The notes: generated by a model not told the origin, from the sequence alone. Counted from the stretch's first letter, positions 43,361 through 53,018 are shown. The stretch is 64,000 bases of DNA from Bdellovibrionales bacterium (GCA_028819545.1 JAPPLG010000019.1:2494-66493); one strand, 5' to 3'. Program-made: numbers and translations.

Positions 43361-44566
43361 TTATTTTGCTTTTTTAATTGTTAGGGTTTTCGGGTCTATA
43401 TAACTATTTTCTGTTTCCAGCTGTAAAGTTTTGTATTGATCAAGGTGATTGTTCTTTTGATCGGGTTTATTTTGCATAAAGGAGGTATTTGTGGATTTTA
43501 CCCCCTGGAGAATCAGCTTAACATTATTTGGTTTGGTGGCGTACTGGAGGCCTATTGATTCAGAGATAATTCCTTTTTGAACTAAATCTACAATATTCTG
43601 GTCAAAACTTTGCATGCCCCATGTCTTTTTTCCCTCTTCTAATAAAGTATGGATTTCAGAAAAAGATTTATTTTCCATCAAAGCTTGTTTCATAGTTAAA
43701 TTATTAAAGAATATTTCTATAATAGGTGTGAGATTTCCAGCAAGAGAAGGGACAAGTTGTTGTCCTATAATCACTTGAAGACTGTTGATTAAACGACGCC
43801 GGATGCTTTCCTGTTCTGCAGAATCGTTGAAATAAGACAGGAGGCGTCCGAAAGTCTCCAAAGCTGTAGATGTATGAAGTGTGCTGATAACCAAATGGCC
43901 TGAGTCTGCGGCTTGAAGTGCAATGGCTACAGTTTCTGCATCTCTTAGCTCACCGAAAAAGATAACATCAGGATCCTGTCTCAACCCTCCTTTAAAGGCG
44001 TCTTTATGGTTGGTAAAGTCTAATAAGTATTCTCTTTGAGTGATACAGCTTTTTTGATCTTGTATGACATATTCAATAGGGTCTTCAATAGTAATAATAT
44101 GGTAAGAATAAGTGTGGTTTAAAAGATTGATTAAGGCGGCGGCTGTAGAAGATTTTCCTGAACCCGTTGCTCCTGTAATTAAAATCAAACCATTTTTATA
44201 TTGGGAAAGTGTTTCCAAAGAAGAGGGAAGATTAAGTTCTTGAAAAGTTTTTATTTTATCCGGGATTATACGCGCTACTACCCGTGTAGTGGCTTTTTGA
44301 GAAAAAACAGAAAACCTAAATCTTCCAATATTTTTAAAGTAATAGCCAAAGTCAATGTTCTTATTTTTTTTATACAATTCTTTTAATTCTGGGCTTAAAA
44401 GAGGGTTAATCAGATTTCTTATATTTTCTTCTGTTAATTGAGGGAGAGTTTTGTCCAGAAGGTAGAGCTGTCGATTTTTTCGAATGATGGGTCTGGACCC
44501 TACTTTTAAATGCAGGTCAGAGGCATTTTTACTAACCACTAGTTGAAGAATGTGTTCAAATTGCAT
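43361..44566 (-). CDS. pilT: type IV pilus retraction ATPase, PilT/PilU family
   Basis: 401 aa with ASDLHLKVGSRP, Walker A GATGSGKSST, IITIEDPIEY and GHLVISTLHT. The C-terminal tail is longer than in typical PilT. Confidence 0.85.
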   Translation of the reverse strand: MQFEHILQLVVSKNASDLHLKVGSRPIIRKNRQLYLLDKTLPQLTEENIRNLINPLLSPELKELYKKNKNIDFGYYFKNIGRFRFSVFSQKATTRVVARIIPDKIKTFQELNLPSSLETLSQYKNGLILITGATGSGKSSTAAALINLLNHTYSYHIITIEDPIEYVIQDQKSCITQREYLLDFTNHKDAFKGGLRQDPDVIFFGELRDAETVAIALQAADSGHLVISTLHTSTALETFGRLLSYFNDSAEQESIRRRLINSLQVIIGQQLVPSLAGNLTPIIEIFFNNLTMKQALMENKSFSEIHTLLEEGKKTWGMQSFDQNIVDLVQKGIISESIGLQYATKPNNVKLILQGVKSTNTSFMQNKPDQKNNHLDQYKTLQLETENSYIDPKTLTIKKAK

Positions 44567-44634
44567 AATAATGAAGTCCTTGTTTGCTTTTCGGGGTTTT
44601 ATTTTAAAATCTTAATGATTTAGGGGATTAAAAT

Positions 44635-45138
44635 TTGAATAACCCAAATTCTTATGTAAAAAAAATTTTTGACTTTTTAAATCAGCGTAATGAGACAGTC
44701 TGTGTTGCAGAAAGCGGAACTGGGGGCTTAATTTCCAGTTATTTAACAGATCAGGAGGGAGCTTCAGAGTTTTTTACCGGGGGAATTGTAGCCTATACCT
44801 GGCCTGTCAAAATTCAACAGCTCAAAGTGCCTGTTTCTCTCTTGGAACAAAAAGGAGATGTGAATGCGGAAGTGGCTCAGCTCATGGCGAAGGGCGTTAG
44901 ATCTTTACTAAAAGCGGATTGGTCTTTATCAATAACTGGGGTTATGGGGCCTAAAAATTCAGAGAGACATGAGCTTGGTCAAATATTTACAGCTGTTGAT
45001 CATCAGGCCTTTACCCAAGAGGAAGTGTGTTCAACCAAAATAGAGGGATTAAACAGAACGGAAGTTAAAAGGAAGTCGAGTCTTTTCTGCTTGGATTTTC
45101 TGCTTTCGCAAATGTTAAAGAAAGGGGAGTTGTCATGA
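44635..45138 (+). CDS. pncC: CinA C-terminal domain protein / nicotinamide-nucleotide amidase PncC-like
   Basis: TTG start. 167 aa with [15 protein letters not shown] and ITGVMGP. Classical cinA-recA linkage; its stop overlaps the recA ATG. Confidence 0.85.
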   Translation: MNNPNSYVKKIFDFLNQRNETVCVAESGTGGLISSYLTDQEGASEFFTGGIVAYTWPVKIQQLKVPVSLLEQKGDVNAEVAQLMAKGVRSLLKADWSLSITGVMGPKNSERHELGQIFTAVDHQAFTQEEVCSTKIEGLNRTEVKRKSSLFCLDFLLSQMLKKGELS

Positions 45139-46187
45139 GTGATAAACAAAAAGCTTTAGGGTTAGCTATAACGTCTATTGAAAAGCAGTTTGGAAAAGGT
45201 TCCATTATGAAGCTTGGAAATAAAGAGTCTTTGTATGGAAATGTTCCTGTCTTTAAAACAGGGTCTTTAGGTTTAGACATTGCTTTAGGGATAGGAGGGC
45301 TTCCCAGAGGGCGTATTGTTGAAATCTATGGGCCGGAGAGTTCAGGGAAAACCACCTTAGCTCTTTCGACTATTGCACAGGCTCAAAGACAAGGCGGAGT
45401 TGTCGCTTTTATTGATGCTGAACATGCTTTGGATGTTCATTATGCCTCTAAATTAGGAGTGAATGTATCAGAGCTTTTAATCTCTCAGCCGGATACAGGG
45501 GAGCAGGCCTTGGAAATTACTGAAACTCTTGTTCGTTCAGGAGGAGTGGATATGGTGGTTGTGGACTCTGTTGCCGCCTTAACTCCGCGAGCGGAGATTG
45601 AAGGCGAAATGGGAGACTCCCATATGGGACTTCAGGCTCGTCTGATGTCTCAGGCTTTAAGAAAGCTCACTGCCTGTATCAATCGCAGTCAAACTTTGGT
45701 TTGTTTTATCAATCAAATTCGTATGAAAATCGGTGTGATGTTTGGGAACCCTGAAACCACTACAGGTGGAAATGCTCTAAAATTTTATTCTTCTGTTCGC
45801 CTGGAAGTTCGAAGACAAAGCGCCATTAAAAAAGCTGAAGAAATTGTAGGCAATAGAACCGTTGTGAAGGTGGTTAAGAACAAAATGGCCCCTCCTTTTG
45901 CCAAAGCTGAGTTTGATTTAATGTATGGTGCAGGGATTTCACAGGAAGCAGAGATGATTGACCTGGGTGTACGTAAAAATATTATTGAAAAATCAGGCGC
46001 CTGGTATTCTTTCAATAAAGAAAAGATTGGGCAGGGCCGTGAGGCAGTTCGTGAATATTTAAAAACCAATCCAGCTGTTGCAAAAAAGATTTTAACTCAG
46101 TTGGAAACGTGTTACGGAATCAAAAAAACAGCCTCTACAACAACTTCAGTACAAGCTCCTGCAAAAAATAAAAGCTCCCGCCATTAA
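45135..46187 (+). CDS. recA: recombinase RecA
   Basis: 350 aa with [10 protein letters not shown], Walker [22 protein letters not shown] and VVDSVAAL. Confidence 0.97.
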   Translation: MSDKQKALGLAITSIEKQFGKGSIMKLGNKESLYGNVPVFKTGSLGLDIALGIGGLPRGRIVEIYGPESSGKTTLALSTIAQAQRQGGVVAFIDAEHALDVHYASKLGVNVSELLISQPDTGEQALEITETLVRSGGVDMVVVDSVAALTPRAEIEGEMGDSHMGLQARLMSQALRKLTACINRSQTLVCFINQIRMKIGVMFGNPETTTGGNALKFYSSVRLEVRRQSAIKKAEEIVGNRTVVKVVKNKMAPPFAKAEFDLMYGAGISQEAEMIDLGVRKNIIEKSGAWYSFNKEKIGQGREAVREYLKTNPAVAKKILTQLETCYGIKKTASTTTSVQAPAKNKSSRH

Positions 46188-46227
46188 AGGGGGCTCTTTA
46201 ATATAAGTTAAAGGGTTTATTTTTTAC

Positions 46228-46680
46228 ATGAACCATGAGTTTTATATGTCTCTGGCATATGAGGAAGCTTTAAAGGCTCAGGCAGAAAGGGAAGTTCCTG
46301 TTGGAGCTGTTATTGTAAAAAATGATGAAATTATCAGTCGGGCTTACAATCGAAAAGAGCAAACTCAAAGTGTTTTATCTCATGCTGAAATATTAGCTAT
46401 TTCTTCGGCCAGTTCAGCTCTTAAGACATGGAGGCTTGAAGAGTGTTCCATGTATGTTACTTTAGAGCCTTGTTTGATGTGTAAAGGCGCTATAGAGTCT
46501 GCTCGAATTGCAAATTTGATTTATGCTTGTAAGGATTTGAAATTAGAAAGTGTTTACCAGCGGAAAAAAGATGAAAACCACTGGAAAATAAATGTGGTAT
46601 CTGGGATTATGGAGGAAGCTTGTTCGACGCTGATTAAAGATTTTTTTAAAAATTTAAGAGCTTTTTCCAAGAGAACATAA
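46228..46680 (+). CDS. tadA: tRNA-specific adenosine deaminase
   Basis: 150 aa with the CDA zinc motifs HAEILAI and PCLMCKGA. Confidence 0.9.
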   Translation: MNHEFYMSLAYEEALKAQAEREVPVGAVIVKNDEIISRAYNRKEQTQSVLSHAEILAISSASSALKTWRLEECSMYVTLEPCLMCKGAIESARIANLIYACKDLKLESVYQRKKDENHWKINVVSGIMEEACSTLIKDFFKNLRAFSKRT

Positions 46681-46741
46681 GAATGAGCCTTGTCTTTAAG
46701 AGCGGTGTCTGTTAGTACAGGTTTACTTTAAGGGAGCTTTT

Positions 46742-46933
46742 ATGCCAAAAATTCGAGTTCGGGACGGTGAAAACTTTGATATCGTTTTGCGTCGCTTTAA
46801 AAAAGCTTGTGAGCGATTTGGAATTTTATCTGAAATTAAAAAAAGGGAGTTTTATGAAAAACCTTCCGTTTGTCGTAAGAAAAAAGCAATTTCGGCCAGG
46901 AAGCGTTTGTTGAAAAAAGTAAGTAAAAGATAG
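46742..46933 (+). CDS. rpsU: 30S ribosomal protein S21
   Basis: 63 aa with [42 protein letters not shown]. Confidence 0.92.
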   Translation: MPKIRVRDGENFDIVLRRFKKACERFGILSEIKKREFYEKPSVCRKKKAISARKRLLKKVSKR

Positions 46934-46943
46934 GAGGCATTCT

Positions 46944-47396
46944 ATGGGTATGAAAGAAACTATTCAATCAGACCTGAAGGAGGCTTTAAAGAGTAGTCAA
47001 CAAGACAAAGTGGAGGCTTTAAGGTTGTTGATTTCCTCTATCAAAAATGCGGAGATTCAAAATAATAAAGAGCCTTTAACAGAATCAAAAATTTTGGATA
47101 TTACCAATAAGCAAATAAAACAATATCAAGAAACCATTCAACAGCTGGCAGAAGCGGGGCGCAAAGAATCTGCAGAAATAGAGCTGGCAAAAATGGCCTA
47201 TTTAAAAGCTTATCTACCTCCTCAATTAAGTGATGAAGAACTTAATGTTATTGTATCTGAAGTGATTCTTTCTTTAAAAGCTTCCGGTTTGTCTGATCAG
47301 GGGCCTGTGATTCGGGAAGTGCAGAAAAGGGTTAGTGGAAGGGCTGATAATGTAAAAGTGGCTCAGTCGGTTCGTGAACAACTGCAAAGGTTATAA
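46944..47396 (+). CDS. yqeY: GatB/YqeY domain protein
   Basis: 150 aa with IQSDLKEALKS....V..LRLL.S.IKNAEI and a YLP.QLSDEEL pattern. Located between rpsU and dnaG. Confidence 0.8.
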   Translation: MGMKETIQSDLKEALKSSQQDKVEALRLLISSIKNAEIQNNKEPLTESKILDITNKQIKQYQETIQQLAEAGRKESAEIELAKMAYLKAYLPPQLSDEELNVIVSEVILSLKASGLSDQGPVIREVQKRVSGRADNVKVAQSVREQLQRL

Positions 47397-49189
47397 TGAA
47401 GTGGTCCACAGATACTATTAATAAGATTCGTGATGCTCACGATATTGTTGATTGGATTGGTCGAGATACAGTTTTAAAAGCTCAATCAGGAGGGCAATAC
47501 TCCGGGCTTTGCCCTTTTCCGGATCATAAAGAAAAAACACCTTCTTTTTCAGTTTCTGCCTCTAAGCAGGTTTACCATTGCTTTGGATGTCAGAAGGGAG
47601 GAGATATTTTTACTTATTTTAGAGACCAAAAAGGCATGGGCTTTTACGAAGCTGTGAAATATCTGGCAGATCAGGCTGGCATTGCTTTAAAAACATCTAA
47701 AGATAGTCGTACTGATGTGGTTGAAAGAAATTCACTTTTCCGGGTGAATGAAAAAGCGGCTCACTTTTTTCATGAAAAACTTTTAAAAATTTCAGAAACT
47801 CATCCTGTAAAACAATACTTAAAAAAAAGAGGATACTCTCAAGAAATTATTAAAACATTTCGTTTGGGATATGCCCCCCCTTCCAATGGGTTGAGCACAG
47901 TTTTTGATAAGAAAGAGCAGGAGCTGGCTTTGAAATTGGGGTTGTTTTCAAAAAATAATCAGGGGTATTTTGAAATGTTTCGAAATCGCCTTATGTTTCC
48001 CATTATCTCTCCAATGAATCAGGTTTTGGGTTTTGGGGGTAGAACTTTAGGCTCTGCTCAGCCTAAATATATCAATAGCAGAGATTCTGACAGTTTCCAA
48101 AAAGGTCGTATTTTTTATGGATTAAAAGAAGCAACACCTTATATACGTCAAAAAGGATATATCTTGATTGTGGAAGGTTATACTGATTTTTTAACTTTGT
48201 TTCAAAATGGTTTTCAAAATGTTGTAGCCACTTTGGGAGTTGCTTTAACTTCACATCATACGCGTCTTTTGAAGAGACATACAGATAAGGTTATTTTATT
48301 TTTTGATGGAGATTCTGCAGGGAAACAAGCCGCTATAAGAAGTTTGCCCCTATTGTTGTCTGCAGGGTTAAGAATTCAGCGTGCTGAACTTAATGGAATG
48401 GATCCGGATGAGTGTTTAAAAACGAAAGGGAAAGATTTTTTAAAAAATGTTTTAAGTCACAGCAGGGATTTGTTTTTGGATGTATTTTTTACACGATTAC
48501 AATCTCTTCAAGGTGTGGAAAAGCTGGATCTTGTCAGAGAAATCGGGCCTGTCCTATCGTCTGCCAAAGATCCTGTGATAAAAGAGTATTACACCAGGAA
48601 AATAGAGGATGTGTTTCTTCCTTCAGAACAAAAGGCTGTAAAGATTGCTTTAGATACAAAAGCTCCCAAAGTTTATAAAAAAGAAATATCCTCCAAAACG
48701 ATAGAACAGGATGAATCATTTATACACACAATTTTTTCTCTTAAGAATCTTCCTCGAACAGAGCTTTATTTACTGGTTTTAGCCTTGTCAAAAAGGGAGT
48801 ATTTGGAGTATATTATTTCTAATATAAATTTGAAGTGGTTGTCTCATGCAGAGCCTCTTTTTAAGTTAATTTTTAACAATTATTCTCAAAACCCTTCAAA
48901 TTTTGATAAATTAACAGCTCAATTATCAACATGGGTGGAGCCTGCGGGGTTATTGCAAACGGGGAGTTACCCTGTTTTAATGGACTTAGAAGAGTCATCA
49001 GGTAAAAAATTTATTCAGGATTGTTTATCTTGTTTGTCTTTAAACTATGAAAGAGCTAAATTGAAGAATCGGGTGATGCAGGTTAAGCTAAAACAAGGAA
49101 ATGTGAAGGAAGACTTAAAAGATATTCAGGAAATGAAGAAGAATATTTTATCAATGGAGAGAAATTATGAAAAACAAATCACAAAATGA
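47396..49189 (+). CDS. dnaG: DNA primase
   Basis: 597 aa with zinc ribbon [16 protein letters not shown]...[11 protein letters not shown] and TOPRIM EGYTDFL...FDGDSAG. Confidence 0.93.
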   Translation: MKWSTDTINKIRDAHDIVDWIGRDTVLKAQSGGQYSGLCPFPDHKEKTPSFSVSASKQVYHCFGCQKGGDIFTYFRDQKGMGFYEAVKYLADQAGIALKTSKDSRTDVVERNSLFRVNEKAAHFFHEKLLKISETHPVKQYLKKRGYSQEIIKTFRLGYAPPSNGLSTVFDKKEQELALKLGLFSKNNQGYFEMFRNRLMFPIISPMNQVLGFGGRTLGSAQPKYINSRDSDSFQKGRIFYGLKEATPYIRQKGYILIVEGYTDFLTLFQNGFQNVVATLGVALTSHHTRLLKRHTDKVILFFDGDSAGKQAAIRSLPLLLSAGLRIQRAELNGMDPDECLKTKGKDFLKNVLSHSRDLFLDVFFTRLQSLQGVEKLDLVREIGPVLSSAKDPVIKEYYTRKIEDVFLPSEQKAVKIALDTKAPKVYKKEISSKTIEQDESFIHTIFSLKNLPRTELYLLVLALSKREYLEYIISNINLKWLSHAEPLFKLIFNNYSQNPSNFDKLTAQLSTWVEPAGLLQTGSYPVLMDLEESSGKKFIQDCLSCLSLNYERAKLKNRVMQVKLKQGNVKEDLKDIQEMKKNILSMERNYEKQITK

Positions 49190-50966
49190 AGTAAAAACCG
49201 TTTCTTTAAAGAAACAAATGGCTCTTATTCAGCAGGAGATTCCGCGCATTATTTCCATGGTTCAATCCAGAAAAGAGGAATCTTTGACTTTTGATGAAGT
49301 TAACGAGCTGTTGCCTGCAGAAATTATAGATCCTCAGGCTGTAGATTACTTTATGCAGGCTATGGAGAAGAATCAAATTCAATTTCAAAAACAATCTTCA
49401 CAAAAAACGTCTAAGATGGATGAACATGAGTTGTTTCTTTCAGAAGAAGATGAAGGGGAAGAGGAAAAAGAAGATTACAAGGATTATTCAGGAAGTGACC
49501 CTGTCCGCCTCTATTTGCACAAAATGGGGCATGTTTCTTTGTTGGATCGGGATGGAGAAGTTCGCATTGCCTGTTCTATTGAGAAGGGGGAAAGAGAAAT
49601 TATACGTGCCATGCTGATGTGTCCTATAGGAACTCATGAGGTTATTGCGATTGGTGAAAATATGGAAAAGGGACGTATTAAAATTAAATCTATTTTCCGC
49701 GGCTTGGAAGATGAGAATCATCAGTATAATGAGCAGGAATATGTTGAAAAAATTAATCAGCTTATTGGTCATGTCAGAAATTATCAAACACAAGCTAAAA
49801 AGTATTTTATTCAAATTCGTGAAAATGGATTAAAAGAATCTCCGGAAGCTATGGAGGAGTTGTCCAAGCTTGTGGATACCTTGATGGAAAAATTTGAATC
49901 TGTAAATTTTAATAGAAAAATTATTAATCGTATTTCAATTAAGTTTAGAAACCTTCTGACTCGAATGGGTGAGTTGAAAAAAAGACAGGATGAGGCGTTA
50001 CAAAAAACTTTTTCGGAAAGTTATAAAGATCTGAAATTAAAATATGAATTAATGTTAAACGATCAGGAAAGAAGCGAGCAGATTAAAAGAGAAACAGGTT
50101 TAAACTTTAAAAAACTGAGAGATTTTTATATTAGCTATAAAGATTCTAAATCCAGGTTGGAAAGGGTTTGTGGAGAAACATGGATGGACTTTCCTTGGAT
50201 TCGATCTGTTTGTACTGGAATTTGGAAAGGAGAAAAAATTGCAGATAAGGCTAAGTCCGAATTAGTGCAAGCAAACTTGCGTTTGGTTGTTTCTATTGCG
50301 AAAAAATATACTAATAGGGGTTTGCAGTTTTTGGATCTTATTCAGGAAGGAAATATGGGTCTTATGAAAGCTGTAGATAAATTTGAATATCGAAGAGGTT
50401 ATAAGTTTTCCACTTATGCCACTTGGTGGATTAGGCAGGCCATTACTCGTGCTATTGCAGATCAGGCGAGAACTATACGTATTCCTGTTCATATGATTGA
50501 GACTATTAATAAATTAGTTCGTACAACTCGCTATTTGATTCAAGAGTTGGGCCGGGAGCCTACTCCAGAAGAAATTGCCAAAAAAATGGAAATTCCGGTA
50601 GGTAAAGTTCGAAAGGTTCAAAAAATTTCAAAAGAACCTATTGGCCTGGAAACTCCGGTGGGTGAAGAAGAGGATTCTAAATTGGGAGATTTTATTGAAG
50701 ATAAAAATGTGATTAATCCATCCAAAGCTATGGTGAATTTGAATTTAGTGGAGCAGACTCGAAAAATTTTAGCGACTTTGACTCCTCGTGAAGAAAAAGT
50801 TCTTCGTATGCGGTTTGGGATAGGTGAGGAAAGTGATCATACTTTAGAAGAAGTGGGTCAGGATTTTAACGTCACTCGTGAGCGTATTCGTCAGATTGAA
50901 GCAAAGGCTCTTCGTAAGCTCAGGCACCCTTGCCGTTCTTCAAAACTAAAGACATTTGTAGATTAA
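49167..50966 (+). CDS. rpoD: RNA polymerase primary sigma factor RpoD
   Basis: 599 aa with region 2 [73 protein letters not shown] and region 4.2 [30 protein letters not shown]. Confidence 0.97.
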   Translation: MKNKSQNEVKTVSLKKQMALIQQEIPRIISMVQSRKEESLTFDEVNELLPAEIIDPQAVDYFMQAMEKNQIQFQKQSSQKTSKMDEHELFLSEEDEGEEEKEDYKDYSGSDPVRLYLHKMGHVSLLDRDGEVRIACSIEKGEREIIRAMLMCPIGTHEVIAIGENMEKGRIKIKSIFRGLEDENHQYNEQEYVEKINQLIGHVRNYQTQAKKYFIQIRENGLKESPEAMEELSKLVDTLMEKFESVNFNRKIINRISIKFRNLLTRMGELKKRQDEALQKTFSESYKDLKLKYELMLNDQERSEQIKRETGLNFKKLRDFYISYKDSKSRLERVCGETWMDFPWIRSVCTGIWKGEKIADKAKSELVQANLRLVVSIAKKYTNRGLQFLDLIQEGNMGLMKAVDKFEYRRGYKFSTYATWWIRQAITRAIADQARTIRIPVHMIETINKLVRTTRYLIQELGREPTPEEIAKKMEIPVGKVRKVQKISKEPIGLETPVGEEEDSKLGDFIEDKNVINPSKAMVNLNLVEQTRKILATLTPREEKVLRMRFGIGEESDHTLEEVGQDFNVTRERIRQIEAKALRKLRHPCRSSKLKTFVD

Positions 50967-50978
50967 TGTTTTACAGCT

Positions 50979-51052
50979 GGGGGCTTAGCTTAGTTGGTTA
51001 AAGCATCCGGCTCATAACCGGAGGATCGAAGGTTCGAGTCCTTCAGCCCCTA
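50979..51052 (+). tRNA. tRNA with CAU anticodon (elongator tRNA-Met, or tRNA-Ile2 if lysidine-modified)
   Basis: Hand-folded cloverleaf: acceptor GGGGGCU/AGCCCCU (G1-U72 wobble), D-arm GCUU/AAGC, anticodon arm UCCGG-CUCAUAA-CCGGA, T-arm GAAGG-UUCGAGU-CCUUC, discriminator A. No encoded CCA. Lacks the three G-C pairs of an initiator anticodon stem. Starts 12 nt after the rpoD stop. Confidence 0.85.
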
Positions 51053-51056
51053 CATT
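51035..51056 (+). repeat. direct repeat copy 1 (tRNA T-loop to 4 nt past the discriminator), CGAGTCCTTCAGCCCCTACATT
   Basis: Exact 22-mer, repeated at 51236-51257. Confidence 0.9.
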
Positions 51057-51063
51057 AAAAAAT

Positions 51064-51092
51064 AAAAGGGTTGCAAGACCCTTTTGTTTTTT
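51064..51092 (+). terminator. rho-independent terminator after tRNA-Met
   Basis: Stem AAAGGGT (51065-51071) / ACCCTTT (51078-51084), 6-nt loop, followed by TGTTTTTT. Confidence 0.7.
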
Positions 51093-51098
51093 AACTTA

Positions 51099-51112
51099 CT
51101 GAAGGACTCGAA
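51099..51112 (-). repeat. inverted copy of the tRNA T-arm segment (CTGAAGGACTCGAA)
   Basis: Exact reverse complement of TTCGAGTCCTTCAG at 51033-51046. Degenerate similarity continues to about 51128 (..CGATCC). Confidence 0.85.
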
Positions 51113-51125
51113 ATGAAGGAACGAT

Positions 51126-51155
51126 CCATATTAACTGCATGCGCAGTTAATATGG
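51126..51155. repeat. 30-nt palindrome CCATATTAACTGC-ATGC-GCAGTTAATATGG
   Basis: 13-bp perfect arms with a 4-nt centre. Locally GC-richer than the surroundings. Confidence 0.85.
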
Positions 51156-51157
51156 AG

Positions 51158-51180
51158 AATCAAAACTGGATGTTTTGATT
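51158..51180. repeat. hairpin AATCAAAA-CTGGATG-TTTTGATT
   Basis: 8-bp perfect stem with a 7-nt loop, immediately after the 30-nt palindrome. Confidence 0.7.
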
Positions 51181-51235
51181 AGTTCCTGAAGTGAGCCTAC
51201 GCAGGGAATGAGCCGGAAGCAAATGACGAAGTGGG

Positions 51236-51257
51236 CGAGTCCTTCAGCCCCTACATT
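51236..51257 (+). repeat. direct repeat copy 2 of the tRNA 3' end (att-like)
   Basis: Exact 22-mer identical to 51035-51056. Degenerate similarity extends about 8 nt further 5' (CGAAGTGGG vs CGAAGGTT). Confidence 0.9.
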
Positions 51258-51345
51258 TCTTCTTTTAAAAAAGAAGCAAAAATTTTATTCACCACGAATA
51301 ACAAGAATCAGTCATACATCCGGAATCCAGTTTTACTAAACTTGT

Positions 51346-51443
51346 GCAAGACACAGCTCAAAAGCTCAAACATGCGTTTTAAAACAGAGCAGACTTCCAG
51401 TCGCTTTGTTTCAAAGCCGAACTCGTTTTGAGCTGTGCCTTGC
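51346..51443. repeat. 18-bp long-range inverted repeat with a 62-nt spacer
   Basis: GCAAGACACAGCTCAAAA (51346-51363) versus TTTTGAGCTGTGCCTTGC (51426-51443), with one mismatch that becomes a G-U pair in a minus-strand transcript. The spacer contains the hairpin GCTTTG-TTT-CAAAGC and a tandem AGCTCAAA x2. Confidence 0.8.
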
Positions 51444-51547
51444 ATAGTTTATTTTTCAACATAGGAGAATTAAAACTTAAAGCTCAGACACACAACTCGT
51501 TTAAGCCACTCATACAAAGTATTTCAGTGAATTATATAGGTATTAAT

Positions 51548-51970
51548 TTAATTGTAGTTGTATTGAGATTGGACGATTCTTGCAAACTGAACTCTCAAAT
51601 CTTCATCTTTGATATTAGTAGCACTTACATAGAATTTTTGTATATAAAAAGTCCAATCCATATCAACTAATTCAGCCACGACATTTTTCAGCCATTCTTC
51701 ATCTTCAGCTGTTTCTGTTGGTATAGTTCGTTGTAAATTATTTTCCATATTAGAAGAAATGAATAGGCCTTTGTATATATGAAATATCCATCCCTTATTG
51801 TCCAACTCAATAGCAATCTCTTTTATTCGATTTAATTCTTCTTTGGATATTGATGCAGTTATTTCTTGTTGTTCATTTGTTTCTGCGAAAGATGTACTTA
51901 TTCCGTTCCATAAGAATATGTAGATCATCATTAGTAATAAACTTCTTAAATTTTTCATCTTATCAACCAC
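51548..51970 (-). CDS. hypothetical secreted protein with internal duplication
   Basis: 140 aa with signal peptide ..LLLMMIYIFLWNGISTSFA. Two similar halves: EELNRIKEIAIELDNKGWIFHIYKGLFISS and EEWLKNVVAELVDMDWTFYIQKFYVSAT. Confidence 0.5.
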   Translation of the reverse strand: MVDKMKNLRSLLLMMIYIFLWNGISTSFAETNEQQEITASISKEELNRIKEIAIELDNKGWIFHIYKGLFISSNMENNLQRTIPTETAEDEEWLKNVVAELVDMDWTFYIQKFYVSATNIKDEDLRVQFARIVQSQYNYN

Positions 51971-52033
51971 ACTAAAAAACTTTAGTTCTTTATAATTATT
52001 TTACTAAGATAAAAGCAATATAAAACACTTTAA

Positions 52034-52048
52034 ATGTAAATTTTACAT
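52034..52048. promoter_or_regulatory. 15-bp palindrome ATGTAAA-T-TTTACAT upstream of the LRR promoter (candidate operator)
   Basis: Perfect 7-1-7 dyad, 17 bp upstream of the -35 hexamer, in the divergent intergenic region. Confidence 0.35.
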
Positions 52049-52064
52049 ATAAACTGTTTCTAAT

Positions 52065-52092
52065 TTGACAAAAAATAGTAAATCTTTATATT
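52065..52092 (+). promoter_or_regulatory. sigma70-type promoter of the LRR gene (TTGACA-N16-TATATT)
   Basis: Consensus -35 TTGACA at 52065-52070 and -10 TATATT at 52087-52092. AAAGGA Shine-Dalgarno at 52104-52109, then ATG at 52116. The TTG of the ORF-track start is the -35 hexamer itself. Confidence 0.5.
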
Positions 52093-52115
52093 TTTTAATC
52101 TTTAAAGGAATGTCT

Positions 52116-53018
52116 ATGAAGATTTTTATCTTATTTTCAATGATTTTTTACTGTTTTTCAGTTTTTTCAAATATCTGTGATAGAACATCTATTGTCAAAG
52201 AAGCTCTCTTGGAAACGATAGAAAAGCAGGATTGTTCTGAAATAACAGATGAAGATTTAAAAACCGTTACAACTCTTGATTTATCACGTGAATTCTTTCG
52301 AACAGGCATTCAGCTTAAAACCAATGACTTTTCTGGTTTGGTATCCTTGAAACAATTAAATCTTAGTTATAATGATTTCAATTCGTTGCCTGTAGGTATT
52401 TTTTCCGGTTTGGTTTCTTTAGAAGAGCTTTATCTTCAGTATAATAATTTAATAGGCTCATTTTTTGAGGGAATTTTCTCTGATTTAGGTTCTTTAAGAA
52501 GGTTATACCTTAGTTATAATAATGCACCCTTCTTCAAAAGCAAGAGCAGTAAAGATTCAACATTTCCTGCAGATATTTTTTCTGGTTTGACTTTAGGTAT
52601 TTTTTCAGATTTGGTTTCTTTAAGAAGATTGTACCTTAGTCATAATAATTTAAGTGTGCTTTCTGTAGGTGTTTTTTCTGACCTTATCGCTTTAGAATGG
52701 CTTTATCTGGGATATAATGACTTAAGCTCATTGTCTGTAGAAACTTTTTCTGGTTTGAGTAGTTTGGAAGTGCTTTACCTTGATGTGAATGATTTCAGCT
52801 CTTTGGTTTTGGGTGTTTTTTCTGATTTAACTTCTTTAGAAAGTCTCTATCTTGGAAGCAATAATTTAAGTTTATTTCCTCCTGGAATTTTTTCTCCTTT
52901 AGTCTCTTTAGGGTTTCTTGGCTTGGATAAGAACAGTATTCCTGAAAGTGAGCAAATAAGAATACAAGAAGAAATTCCATATGCATCGATAAGATTTTGG
53001 GAACAACGTCTCCATTAA
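52116..53018 (+). CDS. secreted leucine-rich repeat (LRR) protein, typical 24-residue repeats
   Basis: Signal peptide MKIFILFSMIFYCFSVFS. About 9 repeats of the form LxxLxLxxNxLxxLxxGIFSxLxS (e.g. SLKQLNLSYNDFNSLPVGIFSGLV, SLRRLYLSHNNLSVLSVGVFSDLI). An alternative ATG lies at 52110. Confidence 0.85.
   Translation: MKIFILFSMIFYCFSVFSNICDRTSIVKEALLETIEKQDCSEITDEDLKTVTTLDLSREFFRTGIQLKTNDFSGLVSLKQLNLSYNDFNSLPVGIFSGLVSLEELYLQYNNLIGSFFEGIFSDLGSLRRLYLSYNNAPFFKSKSSKDSTFPADIFSGLTLGIFSDLVSLRRLYLSHNNLSVLSVGVFSDLIALEWLYLGYNDLSSLSVETFSGLSSLEVLYLDVNDFSSLVLGVFSDLTSLESLYLGSNNLSLFPPGIFSPLVSLGFLGLDKNSIPESEQIRIQEEIPYASIRFWEQRLH

Noticed and set aside
51181-51257. Second tRNA gene or tmRNA 3' domain at the downstream copy of the tRNA 3' end
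   Set aside because: No complementary 5' acceptor strand (AGGGGCU), no D- or anticodon arm, and the T-stem 5' half is degenerate (GAAGT GGGCGAGT CCTTC). It is a fragment, not a gene.
51231-51670. ORFs 51231-51431 and 51428-51670 in the tract after tRNA-Met
   Set aside because: They span the att-like repeat and both arms of an 18-bp inverted repeat. The second overlaps the convergent 51548-51970 gene. Low-complexity translation and no ribosome-binding site, so they were treated as non-coding structured DNA.
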